A stretch of DNA of 64,000 nt, from contig CAZRWF010000006.1 of the NCBI GenBank assembly GCA_964603685.1, positions 677 to 64,676 on the forward strand. Direction: 5' to 3'. The notes beneath the pieces were generated by a model that did not search any database, had not been told where the DNA came from, and saw only the letters and a program-made list of their open reading frames with translations. Below are positions 37,714-47,246 of this stretch, one piece after another (position 1 is the first letter of the stretch; each line of letters starts with the position of its first letter). Made by a program: the position numbers and the translations under genes. Source of the stretch: an uncultured Chitinophagaceae bacterium. Lineage in GTDB: Bacteria > Bacteroidota > Ignavibacteria > UBA10030 > UBA8401.

Positions 37714-39027
37714 ATGCCGCTGCGATATCTGTTTATCGACTTCAACGCTTTTTTTGCCTCCGTGGAGCAGCAGGAGAATTCGCAGCTGCGGGGCAAACCG
37801 GTGGTGGTCATTCCGGTTCCGGCGGAAAATACCTCCTGCATCGCCGCCAGCTATGAGGCGAAAAAATTCGGCATCAAGACCGGCACGACCGCTGCGGAAG
37901 CCCGCAAACGTTGTCCCGGCCTCACCGTGATCGTTGCCCGTCCTCCGCTCTATGTTCAATACCACAAACGATTGATCGAAGCGGTCCATTCCTGCCTGCC
38001 GGTCCATGCGGTAAAATCAATCGATGAAATGGTGTGTGAATTGTCCGGCAGTCAACGCCAAAAACAACGGGCAGTAGAACTTGCGATGTCGGTTAAATCG
38101 GCGATTGCGTCCTCGGTCGGGATACAACTGCGCGCCTCCATCGGAATCGCGCCGAATGTATTTTTGGCGAAGACTGCTTCGGACATGCAAAAGCCGGACG
38201 GATTGGTCGTGATCGAAGAACAGGATCTTCCGGGCATCCTTCATCCATTAGAATTGCAGGACCTCTTCGGCGTCGGCCGGAACATGCTGCGGCGATTGTA
38301 CCGGCATGGGATTTATACTGTTGCGGCACTGTGTGAGGCGGATCGTGATACGTTACGTGCTGTGTGGCGCGGCATCGAAGGAGAGAGGATGTACGAACGC
38401 CTCCGCGGAAGGGAACCGGAACTTCCGGAAACTCATCATACGACGGTCAGTCATTCCCATATGTTGACGCCGAATGAAAGAAACCAACGCGGTGCGGCGG
38501 CGGTTCTGCACCGGATGCTGCAAAAATCCGCCATGCGGCTCCGGCACATGCGCTGCACTGCCGAACAACTCTCCGCCGGAATCCGTTGTTACGACGGGAG
38601 CGTGTGGCACGACGAGTTGACGTTTACTGCAACATCCGATACGCTGGTGCTGACTCAGGCGTTGACAAAAATGCTCGACCGCAGAACGGCCGGAGCAGGA
38701 ACGCCCATGCAGGTGTCGGTGACATTGACCGGACTAAAACCGGAGGGAGAAAAAACCATCTCCTTATTTGACGATACGGCGCGTTCTTCCGCGTTGAATG
38801 CCGCCGTCGACGAATTGAATCTCCGTTTCGGTAAACAGGCGCTCTATTTCGGCGAAGCACACACGGCGCTGGAATCGTCACCGGCGCGAATCGCGTTCAA
38901 TCACATTCCCGATATTGTGTTGGAAGAGGGGATCGGAGGGATGAAAAAACCGAAACGGACCGTGGGGAAGAAGAAGAAAGGGGGCGACCGGCCGGAGTCA
39001 CCTGAAACGTTTGAAGAACCGCCGTGA
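37714..39027 (+). CDS. Y-family DNA polymerase (DinB-like)
   Basis: LFIDFNAFFASVEQ (motif I at nt 37738-37746 reads D-F-N) and SIDE (nt 38017-38028). A HhH/little-finger-length C-terminus ends in the Lys-rich tail KKPKRTVGKKKKGG. Confidence 0.8.
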   Translation: MPLRYLFIDFNAFFASVEQQENSQLRGKPVVVIPVPAENTSCIAASYEAKKFGIKTGTTAAEARKRCPGLTVIVARPPLYVQYHKRLIEAVHSCLPVHAVKSIDEMVCELSGSQRQKQRAVELAMSVKSAIASSVGIQLRASIGIAPNVFLAKTASDMQKPDGLVVIEEQDLPGILHPLELQDLFGVGRNMLRRLYRHGIYTVAALCEADRDTLRAVWRGIEGERMYERLRGREPELPETHHTTVSHSHMLTPNERNQRGAAAVLHRMLQKSAMRLRHMRCTAEQLSAGIRCYDGSVWHDELTFTATSDTLVLTQALTKMLDRRTAGAGTPMQVSVTLTGLKPEGEKTISLFDDTARSSALNAAVDELNLRFGKQALYFGEAHTALESSPARIAFNHIPDIVLEEGIGGMKKPKRTVGKKKKGGDRPESPETFEEPP

Positions 39028-39116
39028 CGAAAAAGGGCGGATGTCGAAACCGCGGGGTATAAAAAGATCTTTGGGATCTCTTCTGTCGTGTTACAATTCC
39101 CCGCTTTACCGATCCC

Positions 39117-40106
39117 TTACTTATCCCGCTCCATCACAAAATCAATGAACGCTTCCAGGGATCGCTTGGCGTCGGAATCGGCCAACGGTGCGAGACATCG
39201 ACGCGCCGCGGAACCGAACTCCAACGCACGGGATTCCGCATACGTGATTCCGCCGTGCGTGTGAACAAAATCGACGATATACTCCACATCTTTCCCCGAC
39301 GCCCCTTTTTTGATCATCTTCAGCACTTTTTTCGCATCCTGTTTTGACGCATGGTTTAGAGCGTGGATCAACGGCAGCGTGATTTTTTTCTCTTTCATAT
39401 CGCCGCCGATCGGTTTTCCGAGGATGCTCTTTCGGGAGGTAAAATCGAGAATATCGTCCCGGATCTGGAACGCCATACCGACATTTTCCCCATACTCTTT
39501 CATCTGTTTCCGGAGCGCCGGATCGTCCGTGACGCTTGCTGCACCGATTTCGGAACAGGTGGAAAGGAGAGAGGCGGTTTTGTTCGCAATGATCGTGAGA
39601 TAGGTCTGTTCGTCGATATCCAGCTCGCGGCTTTTTTGGATCTGCAGGATTTCCCCCTCGCTCATCCGGCGGACCGCATCGGAGGTGACTTTCAGGAAGT
39701 AGACATCGTCGTGATTCAACGAGATCATCAATCCGGTAGAAAGAAGGTAATCACCCATCAAGACCGCGACTTTGTTCTTCCATACGGCATTGATGGAAGC
39801 AAGACCCCGCCGGGTATCGGCATCATCCACCACGTCGTCGTGCACCAGCGTGGCGGTGTGAAGAATTTCCACCAGCGTCGCACCGCGGAACGTGCTTTGA
39901 TTGACCTGCCCGATCGCTTTGGCGCAGAGGAACACCACGATCGGACGGATCCGTTTTCCTTTTTGTTTTACGATATACCGGGCGATCGTGTCTACCAGCG
40001 TAACGTTGGACCGCATGGCCCCTTTAAAAAAAACGGCGAATTCTTTGATCTCTTTTTCGACCGGAGCTTTGATATCATCCAACGATATGGCGGTGTGAGC
40101 GGACAT
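39117..40106 (-). CDS. Long-chain trans-polyprenyl diphosphate synthase (IspB-like)
   Basis: First Asp-rich motif LVHDDVVDDADTRRG and second Asp-rich motif FQIRDDILD. ATG 40106 (MSAHTAIS) avoids overlapping the tatC end; the ORF-track start is 40151. Confidence 0.85.
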   Translation of the reverse strand: MSAHTAISLDDIKAPVEKEIKEFAVFFKGAMRSNVTLVDTIARYIVKQKGKRIRPIVVFLCAKAIGQVNQSTFRGATLVEILHTATLVHDDVVDDADTRRGLASINAVWKNKVAVLMGDYLLSTGLMISLNHDDVYFLKVTSDAVRRMSEGEILQIQKSRELDIDEQTYLTIIANKTASLLSTCSEIGAASVTDDPALRKQMKEYGENVGMAFQIRDDILDFTSRKSILGKPIGGDMKEKKITLPLIHALNHASKQDAKKVLKMIKKGASGKDVEYIVDFVHTHGGITYAESRALEFGSAARRCLAPLADSDAKRSLEAFIDFVMERDK

Positions 40107-40119
40107 GAACACTTCGTGT

Positions 40120-40872
40120 TTACCCTTCTGACGGATTTTTCCGTTGTGCAATTTTTGAAATTAGGATGCTCACTTCATACAACAGGATCATCGGTGTTGC
40201 CAGCAACGCCTGCGTGACGATATCGGGCGTCGGAGTGATGATGGCGGAAATGATCAATATCCCGACGATCGAATGACGGCGATACTTTCGCATGACCTGC
40301 GGCGTCAGGATGCCGAATTTCGACAGGAAATACGTCACCATCGGAAGTTCGAAGACGAGTCCCGCACCGAGGATTAAACTGAGCAGGAAGCTGATATATT
40401 CGTTGATGGCGATGTTCAGTTCGAACACATCCGTGCCGAACGTGGAGAAAAAAGTCAATGCGGTCGGTACGATTACGAAATATGCAAAAGCGATACCGGA
40501 GAGGAAACAGACGGAAGTGAAAAAAACGATGCGGAACGCATATTTTCGCTCGTTCGGCAGCAAGCCGGGGGCGATAAATTTCCAGAGCTGATACAGAATT
40601 ACCGGCATGGCCCCGATGATTCCCACGACGATGAACACCTGCATGTAGGTGAGCATAATGCCGTACGGCGTCAACACCTGCGGTTTTAATCCGACCGCCA
40701 GCAGCGGCGCGAGCAACACTTGTTTGACGAGAAAATCGGAAAAAAATGCCGCAATGATCGTTCCCAGCAACACGGCAAGGACCGAGGTGACGATTCGTCC
40801 CCGCAGTTCTTCGAGATGATCAAGAAATCCCATCTCCTTTTCGTCCGTGTGAGCTTGATCGTTCGGCATCAC
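40120..40872 (-). CDS. tatC: Twin-arginine translocase subunit TatC
   Basis: [16 protein letters not shown]-terminal signature and 6 TM helices. Confidence 0.9.
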   Translation of the reverse strand: MMPNDQAHTDEKEMGFLDHLEELRGRIVTSVLAVLLGTIIAAFFSDFLVKQVLLAPLLAVGLKPQVLTPYGIMLTYMQVFIVVGIIGAMPVILYQLWKFIAPGLLPNERKYAFRIVFFTSVCFLSGIAFAYFVIVPTALTFFSTFGTDVFELNIAINEYISFLLSLILGAGLVFELPMVTYFLSKFGILTPQVMRKYRRHSIVGILIISAIITPTPDIVTQALLATPMILLYEVSILISKIAQRKNPSEG

Positions 40873-42170
40873 GCCATCGTACTATAGAGGGGAAAACCGC
40901 CGCTCAGTTCGGCGACACTTTTTTTCACGGAGGCGTACACCTCTTTTTTCCCAAGATGGGACAACACGGTATCGATCAGATCACCCACGACCGCCATTTC
41001 TTTTTCTTTCATTCCGCGCGTGGTGAGTGCCGGAGTGCCGATCCGGATTCCGCTGGTGATGAGAGGGGATTTATCGTCGAACGGTACGCCGTTTTTGTTC
41101 ACGGTAATTCCTGCTTCGTCCAGCGCTTCCTGGGCATCTTTGCCGGTGATGTTTTTGTTCCGCAAGTCGAGCAGCATCAGATGATTATCCGTTCCGTTAG
41201 AGCAGACCGTGTACCCTTTGGCCATCAGATGACCGGCCAGCGCGCGGGCGTTGTTGATTACCTGTTGCGCATAGAGGGTGAACTCCGGTTGCAGCGCCTC
41301 CTTAAATGCCACCGCTTTGGCGGCGATGACGTGCATCAGCGGACCGCCTTGAATGCCGGGGATCACCATGGAGTCGAGCAGTTCCGAAATCATTTTTTTT
41401 CGGCCCGACTTCGGAGCGACAATGCCGAACGGATTTTCATAATCTTTCCCGACGAGAATGATGCCGCCGCGCGGTCCGCGCAGTGTTTTATGTGTGGTCG
41501 AAGTGACCACGTGACAGTGAGGGATCGGATCGTTCAGCAGGTCGGCGGCGATCAATCCGGCCGGATGGGCGATGTCGGCGAATAAAAAGGCACCGACCTT
41601 ATCCGCGATCTCCCGGAACGTTTTATAATCGATGTTCCGCGAATATGCGCTGGCGCCCACCGTTATCAGTTTCGGTTTCTCCCGTTTGGCGACATCTTCC
41701 ACTTCGTTATAGTCGATATAGCCCGTCTCTTTCGAAACGCCGTATGCGGAAAAATTATACATTTGTCCGGAAAAATTCACCGCGGCGCCGTGCGTTAAAT
41801 GACCGCCGTGGGCGAGATTCATCCCGAGTACTTTGTCCCCGGGTTTGATGAACGTAAAATAGACCGCCATGTTCGCCTGAGAACCCGAATGCGGCTGAAC
41901 GTTTGCATATTCCGCACCGAAAAGTTGTTTTACGCGGTCGCGGGCGATATTTTCCACCACGTCCACATATTCACAGCCGCCGTAATACCGTTTGCCGGGA
42001 TATCCTTCGGCATATTTGTTCGTCAACACCGTGCCTGCCGCTTCGAGCACCGCCGGCGATACGAAATTCTCCGATGCGATCAGTTCCAGTCCGGTGTTCT
42101 GCCGGTGTTGTTCGTGTTTGACGGCGTCATACACGGCGGGATCGAACTGTTGGATGTTCTTCATGGTCAA
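40869..42170 (-). CDS. glyA: Serine hydroxymethyltransferase
   Basis: [31 protein letters not shown] and [16 protein letters not shown] (PLP-Lys) motifs. Confidence 0.95.
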   Translation of the reverse strand: MTMKNIQQFDPAVYDAVKHEQHRQNTGLELIASENFVSPAVLEAAGTVLTNKYAEGYPGKRYYGGCEYVDVVENIARDRVKQLFGAEYANVQPHSGSQANMAVYFTFIKPGDKVLGMNLAHGGHLTHGAAVNFSGQMYNFSAYGVSKETGYIDYNEVEDVAKREKPKLITVGASAYSRNIDYKTFREIADKVGAFLFADIAHPAGLIAADLLNDPIPHCHVVTSTTHKTLRGPRGGIILVGKDYENPFGIVAPKSGRKKMISELLDSMVIPGIQGGPLMHVIAAKAVAFKEALQPEFTLYAQQVINNARALAGHLMAKGYTVCSNGTDNHLMLLDLRNKNITGKDAQEALDEAGITVNKNGVPFDDKSPLITSGIRIGTPALTTRGMKEKEMAVVGDLIDTVLSHLGKKEVYASVKKSVAELSGGFPLYSTMA

Positions 42171-42604
42171 CGTCCTGTCAATGAGTGGATCTTTTCGACA
42201 CGGCGGGTATGGCGTCCCGCTTCAAAATTGGTGTTCAAAAATGCGGCGATCATCTCTTCGGCGACTCCCCAGCCGACGAGGCGTTCACCGAAACAGAGGA
42301 TGTTCGCATTGTTGTGCCGGCGGGAAAGTCCGGCCGCGGTGACCGATTCGCATGCGGCGGCACGGACACCTTTATGTTTGTTGGCCACAATCGACACGCC
42401 GATGCCGGACCCGCAGATGATGATGCCGAGTTCACATTCTCCCGATGAAACGGCGGACGCCGCCGCATGGGCAAAATCCGGATAGTCGACCGATTCCGCG
42501 GAGGCGGTGCCGAAATCTTTGTATTCCACGGAGAGGGAAGAGAGGAATTGTTTTGCCCTCTCCTTGTACGAAAATCCGGCATGGTCGCTGGCAATGGCAA
42601 TCAT
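42167..42604 (-). CDS. rpiB: Ribose-5-phosphate isomerase B
   Basis: [15 protein letters not shown] and [23 protein letters not shown] motifs. Confidence 0.9.
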   Translation of the reverse strand: MIAIASDHAGFSYKERAKQFLSSLSVEYKDFGTASAESVDYPDFAHAAASAVSSGECELGIIICGSGIGVSIVANKHKGVRAAACESVTAAGLSRRHNNANILCFGERLVGWGVAEEMIAAFLNTNFEAGRHTRRVEKIHSLTGR

Positions 42605-42608
42605 AGGA

Positions 42609-43856
42609 TCAATCGATGGGTGGTTGAATGAACATTAATTCGGATGCAGTCAATGAAAGCGTAAAACGGACGATGGAATCTTTGATCAAGTTGGAAGCGG
42701 TCGTGCCGCGGATGCCGTATTCCAGTCCGAGATGGATCCGCGATTCAAAACTGAACGGAAGGGAAATCCCCGCCGAACCGAACAGTTCGTCGATCGAATT
42801 TCCGCTAATGTTCAAGTGACTCCGCCGGAGATAACCGCCGAAACGATATGAAACGCGCCGCCAAAAATCGTCGCTCACAAAATCGGAAACCGGGAGGAAT
42901 TCCACTCCGCCGGAAACACGGATGCTGTTTTGAAGATTCGGATTTGTCACGCCGTCCATCGCAAAACTTCCCCAATTCTGAAAATGAATGTCCGCGGCAT
43001 AGACGGTCTTGTTTTTCGTGTAACCGAGTCCGGCCGAAAAACCGAACGGCAGGTCGATCGTTTTAGTGTTGATTCTCGTCGTATCCTGCGTCACCGAAAA
43101 ATTTCTCAGAATCTCCTCGTCGTAGTTCAACGACGATCCCGTGAAGACAGTCGCGCCGACATTGAGCCGGTCTTCCGCCGGAAGTCCGATGACCGCACCC
43201 GCACCCGTATAGACGACACCGAACGTCATGGCGTATCCGCTCAGGGAGAACGTTTGTTGGAATGATCCGCCGAAAAAGTCGGACGAGGCGAATGTGGTGG
43301 ATTGGTCCCGATAGATCGATCCGAACAGATAGTGCATCGTTGCTCCGAGCACCAATTCGGACGATACGCCGTACGACAGGCCGATCTGTGCGGAAGAGAT
43401 GCCGCCGCGCCCTTCAAAGGTGTGGGTGTACGGATTGCCGTCGATCGATCCGGCGGAAGATTGTTCGTAGCTGACGCTGGAAAAAGGGAGGATCCCCAAT
43501 GTCAGCGCAATCCTATTTGGCGAATACACCGGCATCGCGAGTGCGAAGGAGGAGATGTTTCCCGAACCCAACACGGTGGACGTGTTCGCATCCTCGGAGA
43601 ATAAGGTGTGATATTGATAGGAGGCCGAAATGATCGTCCGATTAATTGTCGCCGCCGCGGCGGGATTCAACAAGTTGATATGTGTCTCTCCGAACAATGC
43701 GATGCCGGCGTTTCCCATCCCGACATTTTTTGCACTGAGGAACGGATTGATCTCGCCGATGCCGTAGCGGGAATAGACCGAACCTTTACCGCCGGATGCC
43801 GGAAGCGAAAGGAGAACAAAGAAAAGCACAATTCCGAAAATTTTATTCATGATCAT
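42609..43856 (-). CDS. Outer-membrane beta-barrel protein, FadL/PorV/PorQ-like
   Basis: Signal peptide MIMNKIFGIVLFFVLLSLPASGG. N-terminal plug-like motif FLSAKNVGMGNAGIAL....LLNPAA parallels the PorV motif in this window (SRASGMGEAGTGIA....HWNPAG). It ends in an aromatic-rich beta pattern. ATG 43856 forms an ATGA overlap with the upstream stop. Confidence 0.55.
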   Translation of the reverse strand: MIMNKIFGIVLFFVLLSLPASGGKGSVYSRYGIGEINPFLSAKNVGMGNAGIALFGETHINLLNPAAAATINRTIISASYQYHTLFSEDANTSTVLGSGNISSFALAMPVYSPNRIALTLGILPFSSVSYEQSSAGSIDGNPYTHTFEGRGGISSAQIGLSYGVSSELVLGATMHYLFGSIYRDQSTTFASSDFFGGSFQQTFSLSGYAMTFGVVYTGAGAVIGLPAEDRLNVGATVFTGSSLNYDEEILRNFSVTQDTTRINTKTIDLPFGFSAGLGYTKNKTVYAADIHFQNWGSFAMDGVTNPNLQNSIRVSGGVEFLPVSDFVSDDFWRRVSYRFGGYLRRSHLNISGNSIDELFGSAGISLPFSFESRIHLGLEYGIRGTTASNLIKDSIVRFTLSLTASELMFIQPPID

Positions 43857-45061
43857 TTTTTTGAGTAGATGACGGAAAGTTTCGGCCGTTTCGCCGGATC
43901 GGGATCGTTCCTCGTGAAGAAGACCGCCTTTTCCGCCGTACCCACTTCGGCGGACCAGCGGAGGTTTAATCCGTAATTGGGATTGATGCCGTTGATCCAT
44001 CGTTGGACCAACGTCGTCACCGGGAAAGAATAGACCGGATACGCGGTGGTGGTGTCGGCAATCCGTGAACCGTACGACAACAGCGTCAGCGACGACGAAT
44101 CGATCACCGAAGCGGAGAGCGAGATCATTGCCGTGACGGAGTCCGGCGAATATCCGCCGAAAAGGCTCGCGGCCGTATCGAGCGTCAGTGTCAGCCGGGC
44201 AAAGTTCACGATCGGCGGAACTTTGACGCTGTCGCCGTTGATCACGGCGGTCTCTTTTAACGATTCGATGTCGAAGGTAATCCGCGATCGGATGCCGAAT
44301 GCACCTTGCAGCGTAATTGCCGTGATCGGTGTGCCGGTTGCCGGCTTGGTGGTATATGTATCCTCGCCGGAGGTGAACGTAACGGTATCCGCGACGCCGT
44401 TGTTCATGTAGGAAATGAACAAAGCCGGGGAGAACGACGTGGAAAATCCGAACGGCACCACGCCGGCGATGCCGTTAACGGCGCCCCCGGCGGTATGGAC
44501 GGAAAATCCGTAGAACGGTGTCAACGTATCTTTTTTGGAATGGTACCGGTGCCACATGCCGATCGTGGCGCTGTCGATCGGAATCCGGACAGTCGATGCG
44601 ATGGTGAATGAGGTAGTATCGGTACGGATGATCCGGCCGAACGTGGAGGGAGTCACCGAATCGGCGGTGAAGGTATTCTGCGCCCACCGCTGCATGATCT
44701 GACGGACTTCGATGCCGACCGTTCCCGGTGCGAGCCGGTAGCGGTAGTTGGGGGTTAATCGAAGTTCGGCGGTAATGATGGAATCGAATTCCTTAAAATG
44801 GACCGAATCGGATACGGACGGGATAAATTGGAACATCGCTATTGCTTCATCCAGGAACGAATTTTTCCCGATCAAATTGCTCTCGCTGAATCCCGGTACG
44901 AACGCGACCCGGTACGACGTATCGCTCACGGAGGTGAACGACGTCGAGCGGACGGCGATCCGGTCGTTCGGATCGATGTCCGAGCCGACGGAACCCGGTT
45001 TTTCGGCACAGCCGGCGAGAAGTAGAAACGTACACAACAGTATGAGGAGGAATGTTTTCAT
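43853..45061 (-). CDS. DUF4270-like lipoprotein
   Basis: Lipobox LLLAGC. 402-aa Ser/Thr-rich beta protein. From memory, a position next to glgA is typical of DUF4270 in Bacteroidota. There is no catalytic motif. Confidence 0.4.
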   Translation of the reverse strand: MKTFLLILLCTFLLLAGCAEKPGSVGSDIDPNDRIAVRSTSFTSVSDTSYRVAFVPGFSESNLIGKNSFLDEAIAMFQFIPSVSDSVHFKEFDSIITAELRLTPNYRYRLAPGTVGIEVRQIMQRWAQNTFTADSVTPSTFGRIIRTDTTSFTIASTVRIPIDSATIGMWHRYHSKKDTLTPFYGFSVHTAGGAVNGIAGVVPFGFSTSFSPALFISYMNNGVADTVTFTSGEDTYTTKPATGTPITAITLQGAFGIRSRITFDIESLKETAVINGDSVKVPPIVNFARLTLTLDTAASLFGGYSPDSVTAMISLSASVIDSSSLTLLSYGSRIADTTTAYPVYSFPVTTLVQRWINGINPNYGLNLRWSAEVGTAEKAVFFTRNDPDPAKRPKLSVIYSKK

Positions 45062-45636
45062 TGATCCAGTTGAGATTTGATGAGTTGTACCGCGTCGTAG
45101 AGATCGGGGACGAAGGCATCGCGGAATAACGCCGCCGATTCTTTTTCCGCCGCTCCGTAGCCGGTCCCGACGTGAATGGTGCGGGCGCCGACCGATCGTC
45201 CCGCTTCCATGTCGATCTTTTTATCCCCGATAACGAACGAACGCGTGAGATCGAGGCCGTGTTCTTTTTGCGCCCGGTGCAGCAGCCCCGGTTTCGGTTT
45301 GCGGCAGTCGCAATCCGTGACGTACGGCGGCAGACCGTCATTCGGGTGATGAGGGCAATAATAATAACCCGTCACCGATGCGCCGGATTGCCGCAGCATT
45401 TCATCCAGCGCCCGGTGGATCTCCGACAGATCTTTCTCCGAAAACAATCCGCGGGCGATGCCGGACTGATTGGTGATGACGAAGACAGGGACCTTCCGGT
45501 CGTTCAATTCTTTAATCGCATCGGCACTGCGGGGGATCAACTGCAGCTGCTGGGGAGAGGAGAGGAAATCGACATCGACATTGATCGTTCCGTCCCGGTC
45601 GATAAACACGGCAACATCGTTGTGTGCCATCGTCAA
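45058..45636 (-). CDS. gmhB: D-glycero-D-manno-heptose 1,7-bisphosphate phosphatase (HAD-IIIA)
   Basis: VFIDRDGTIN (DxD nucleophile), Zn-finger-like CPHHP...CDCRKPKPG, and FVIGDKKIDMEAG. Confidence 0.85.
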   Translation of the reverse strand: MTMAHNDVAVFIDRDGTINVDVDFLSSPQQLQLIPRSADAIKELNDRKVPVFVITNQSGIARGLFSEKDLSEIHRALDEMLRQSGASVTGYYYCPHHPNDGLPPYVTDCDCRKPKPGLLHRAQKEHGLDLTRSFVIGDKKIDMEAGRSVGARTIHVGTGYGAAEKESAALFRDAFVPDLYDAVQLIKSQLDQ

Positions 45637-47115
45637 CTATTTCAGCAGGCTGCGGTAGAGGTTGATGTATTTTTTGGCCGACGACTCCCACGAAAAATCC
45701 TTCGCCATACCGTTCCGCATCACCTTCTGCCAGGTTTTTTGATCGCCGTACATCTTCACCGCGCGCTGGATCGTTTTCAACAGCTCTTTCCCTTCGTACT
45801 TTTGGAATTTGAAACCCGTACCGTTGCCGGCGGTGCCGACATCCTGAATCGTATCGTCCAATCCTCCCGTCGCGCGGACGATCGGAACGGTTCCGTATTT
45901 TAAGCTGTAGAGCTGATTCAGTCCGCACGGTTCGTAGCGGGAGGGCATCAGATACATATCGCTGCCGGCTTCGATCAAATGGGCGATCTCTTCGTTCATA
46001 CCGAACATGATGCCGGCCTTCTTCGGATGTTTTTTCTTCAGCGATTCAAAATATTCCTGATATCGTTTTTCCCCCTGGCCGATCATGATAAATTGCACAT
46101 CCAGTTTCAGCATGTCGTCGGCAATCTCTTTAATAAGATCGATCCCTTTTTGATCGACCAGCCGGGTAATGCAGCCGATCACCGGAACTCCTTCTTTGTA
46201 CGTTACGCCGAACTTTTCGCACAGGGCGATTTTGTTCTGTTCTTTCCCTTCAAGGGACTGGATGTCGTAGCGCTGATCGATGATCGGATCGGTCTCCGGA
46301 TTCCACACGGAATAATCGATACCGTTGACGATGCCGTACAGATCTTTTTTCCGTTTTTTCAGCACCCCTTCCAGCCCCGCGCCGAATTCTTCGGAAGTTG
46401 TGATCTCCTGCGAATATTTTTCGCTGACCGTTGTGATGATGTCGGAATAGACGAGCCCCGCCTTCATAAAGTTCAATTTGCCGTAGAATTCCACCCCTTC
46501 CGGCGTGAATTCGGCTTCGGGCAGGCCGGTTTTCGCAAATGACTTGTCGGGAAATGCTCCTTGATATCCGAGATTATGGATCGTAAAGACCGTCTTAATG
46601 TTTTTGAAAGTCGGCTCATCCTTGTAGATCGTTTTCATGTAGGCGGGAATGAGCCCCGTTTGCCAATCGTTGCAATGGATGATGTCGGGCTGCCATCCGA
46701 GTTTTTTCAGCGTCTCCAGCACTCCACGGCAGAAAAAAATGAACCGGTCGTCGTTGTCAGAATAATCTTTGTTCGTTTTCGGATCGGTGTACAATCCAGA
46801 ACGGAAATACATCTCCTTGTTGGCAAGGAAATAGACCTGCACTTTGGCCTTTAAGCTGGAGATGAACGATGAGTTGACGCTGGCAACTTTGTTTTCGCTG
46901 CCGACCGGAATGGAAATTTCGCGCAGGCGGATGACATCGTGTAATTTGAATTTTCGTTCGCTGATGGTGCCGTACCGCGGCGTCATGATCCGGATGTCAT
47001 GACCCAGTTCACGGATCATCTTGGGAAGTGCTCCTGAAACGTCTGCTAATCCGCCTGTTTTTGAGAAAGGTTCTGCTTCGCTGGTAATGAAGAGGATATT
47101 AAGGGGCTTCGACAT
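45637..47115 (-). CDS. glgA: Glycogen/starch synthase (GT5)
   Basis: MSKPLNILFITSEAEPFSKTGGLADV N-terminal KTGGL motif and C-terminal PSRYEPCGLNQLYSLKYGT. The upstream 32 codons of the ORF-track model are rejected. Confidence 0.9.
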   Translation of the reverse strand: MSKPLNILFITSEAEPFSKTGGLADVSGALPKMIRELGHDIRIMTPRYGTISERKFKLHDVIRLREISIPVGSENKVASVNSSFISSLKAKVQVYFLANKEMYFRSGLYTDPKTNKDYSDNDDRFIFFCRGVLETLKKLGWQPDIIHCNDWQTGLIPAYMKTIYKDEPTFKNIKTVFTIHNLGYQGAFPDKSFAKTGLPEAEFTPEGVEFYGKLNFMKAGLVYSDIITTVSEKYSQEITTSEEFGAGLEGVLKKRKKDLYGIVNGIDYSVWNPETDPIIDQRYDIQSLEGKEQNKIALCEKFGVTYKEGVPVIGCITRLVDQKGIDLIKEIADDMLKLDVQFIMIGQGEKRYQEYFESLKKKHPKKAGIMFGMNEEIAHLIEAGSDMYLMPSRYEPCGLNQLYSLKYGTVPIVRATGGLDDTIQDVGTAGNGTGFKFQKYEGKELLKTIQRAVKMYGDQKTWQKVMRNGMAKDFSWESSAKKYINLYRSLLK

Positions 47116-47246
47116 ACTTCCCATTCTTTGTGAAGGAATCGCTGAACTGCACAAAGGTACGAAAAATATGCCGAATTTACAACAATTTGACACCGTCCGG
47201 CGGAACAGCACGTTTCTTCACGTTATTGCGGACCGCCGTTGAACGC

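Noticed and set aside
39028-39116. A hairpin between the convergent polymerase and polyprenyl synthase genes (AGATC-TTTGG-GATCT; outer GCGGGG/CCCCGC), read as a bidirectional terminator.
   Set aside because: The inner stem is only 5 bp. The outer pairing encloses a 42-nt loop. There is no adjacent U-tract on either strand. It is too weak to call.
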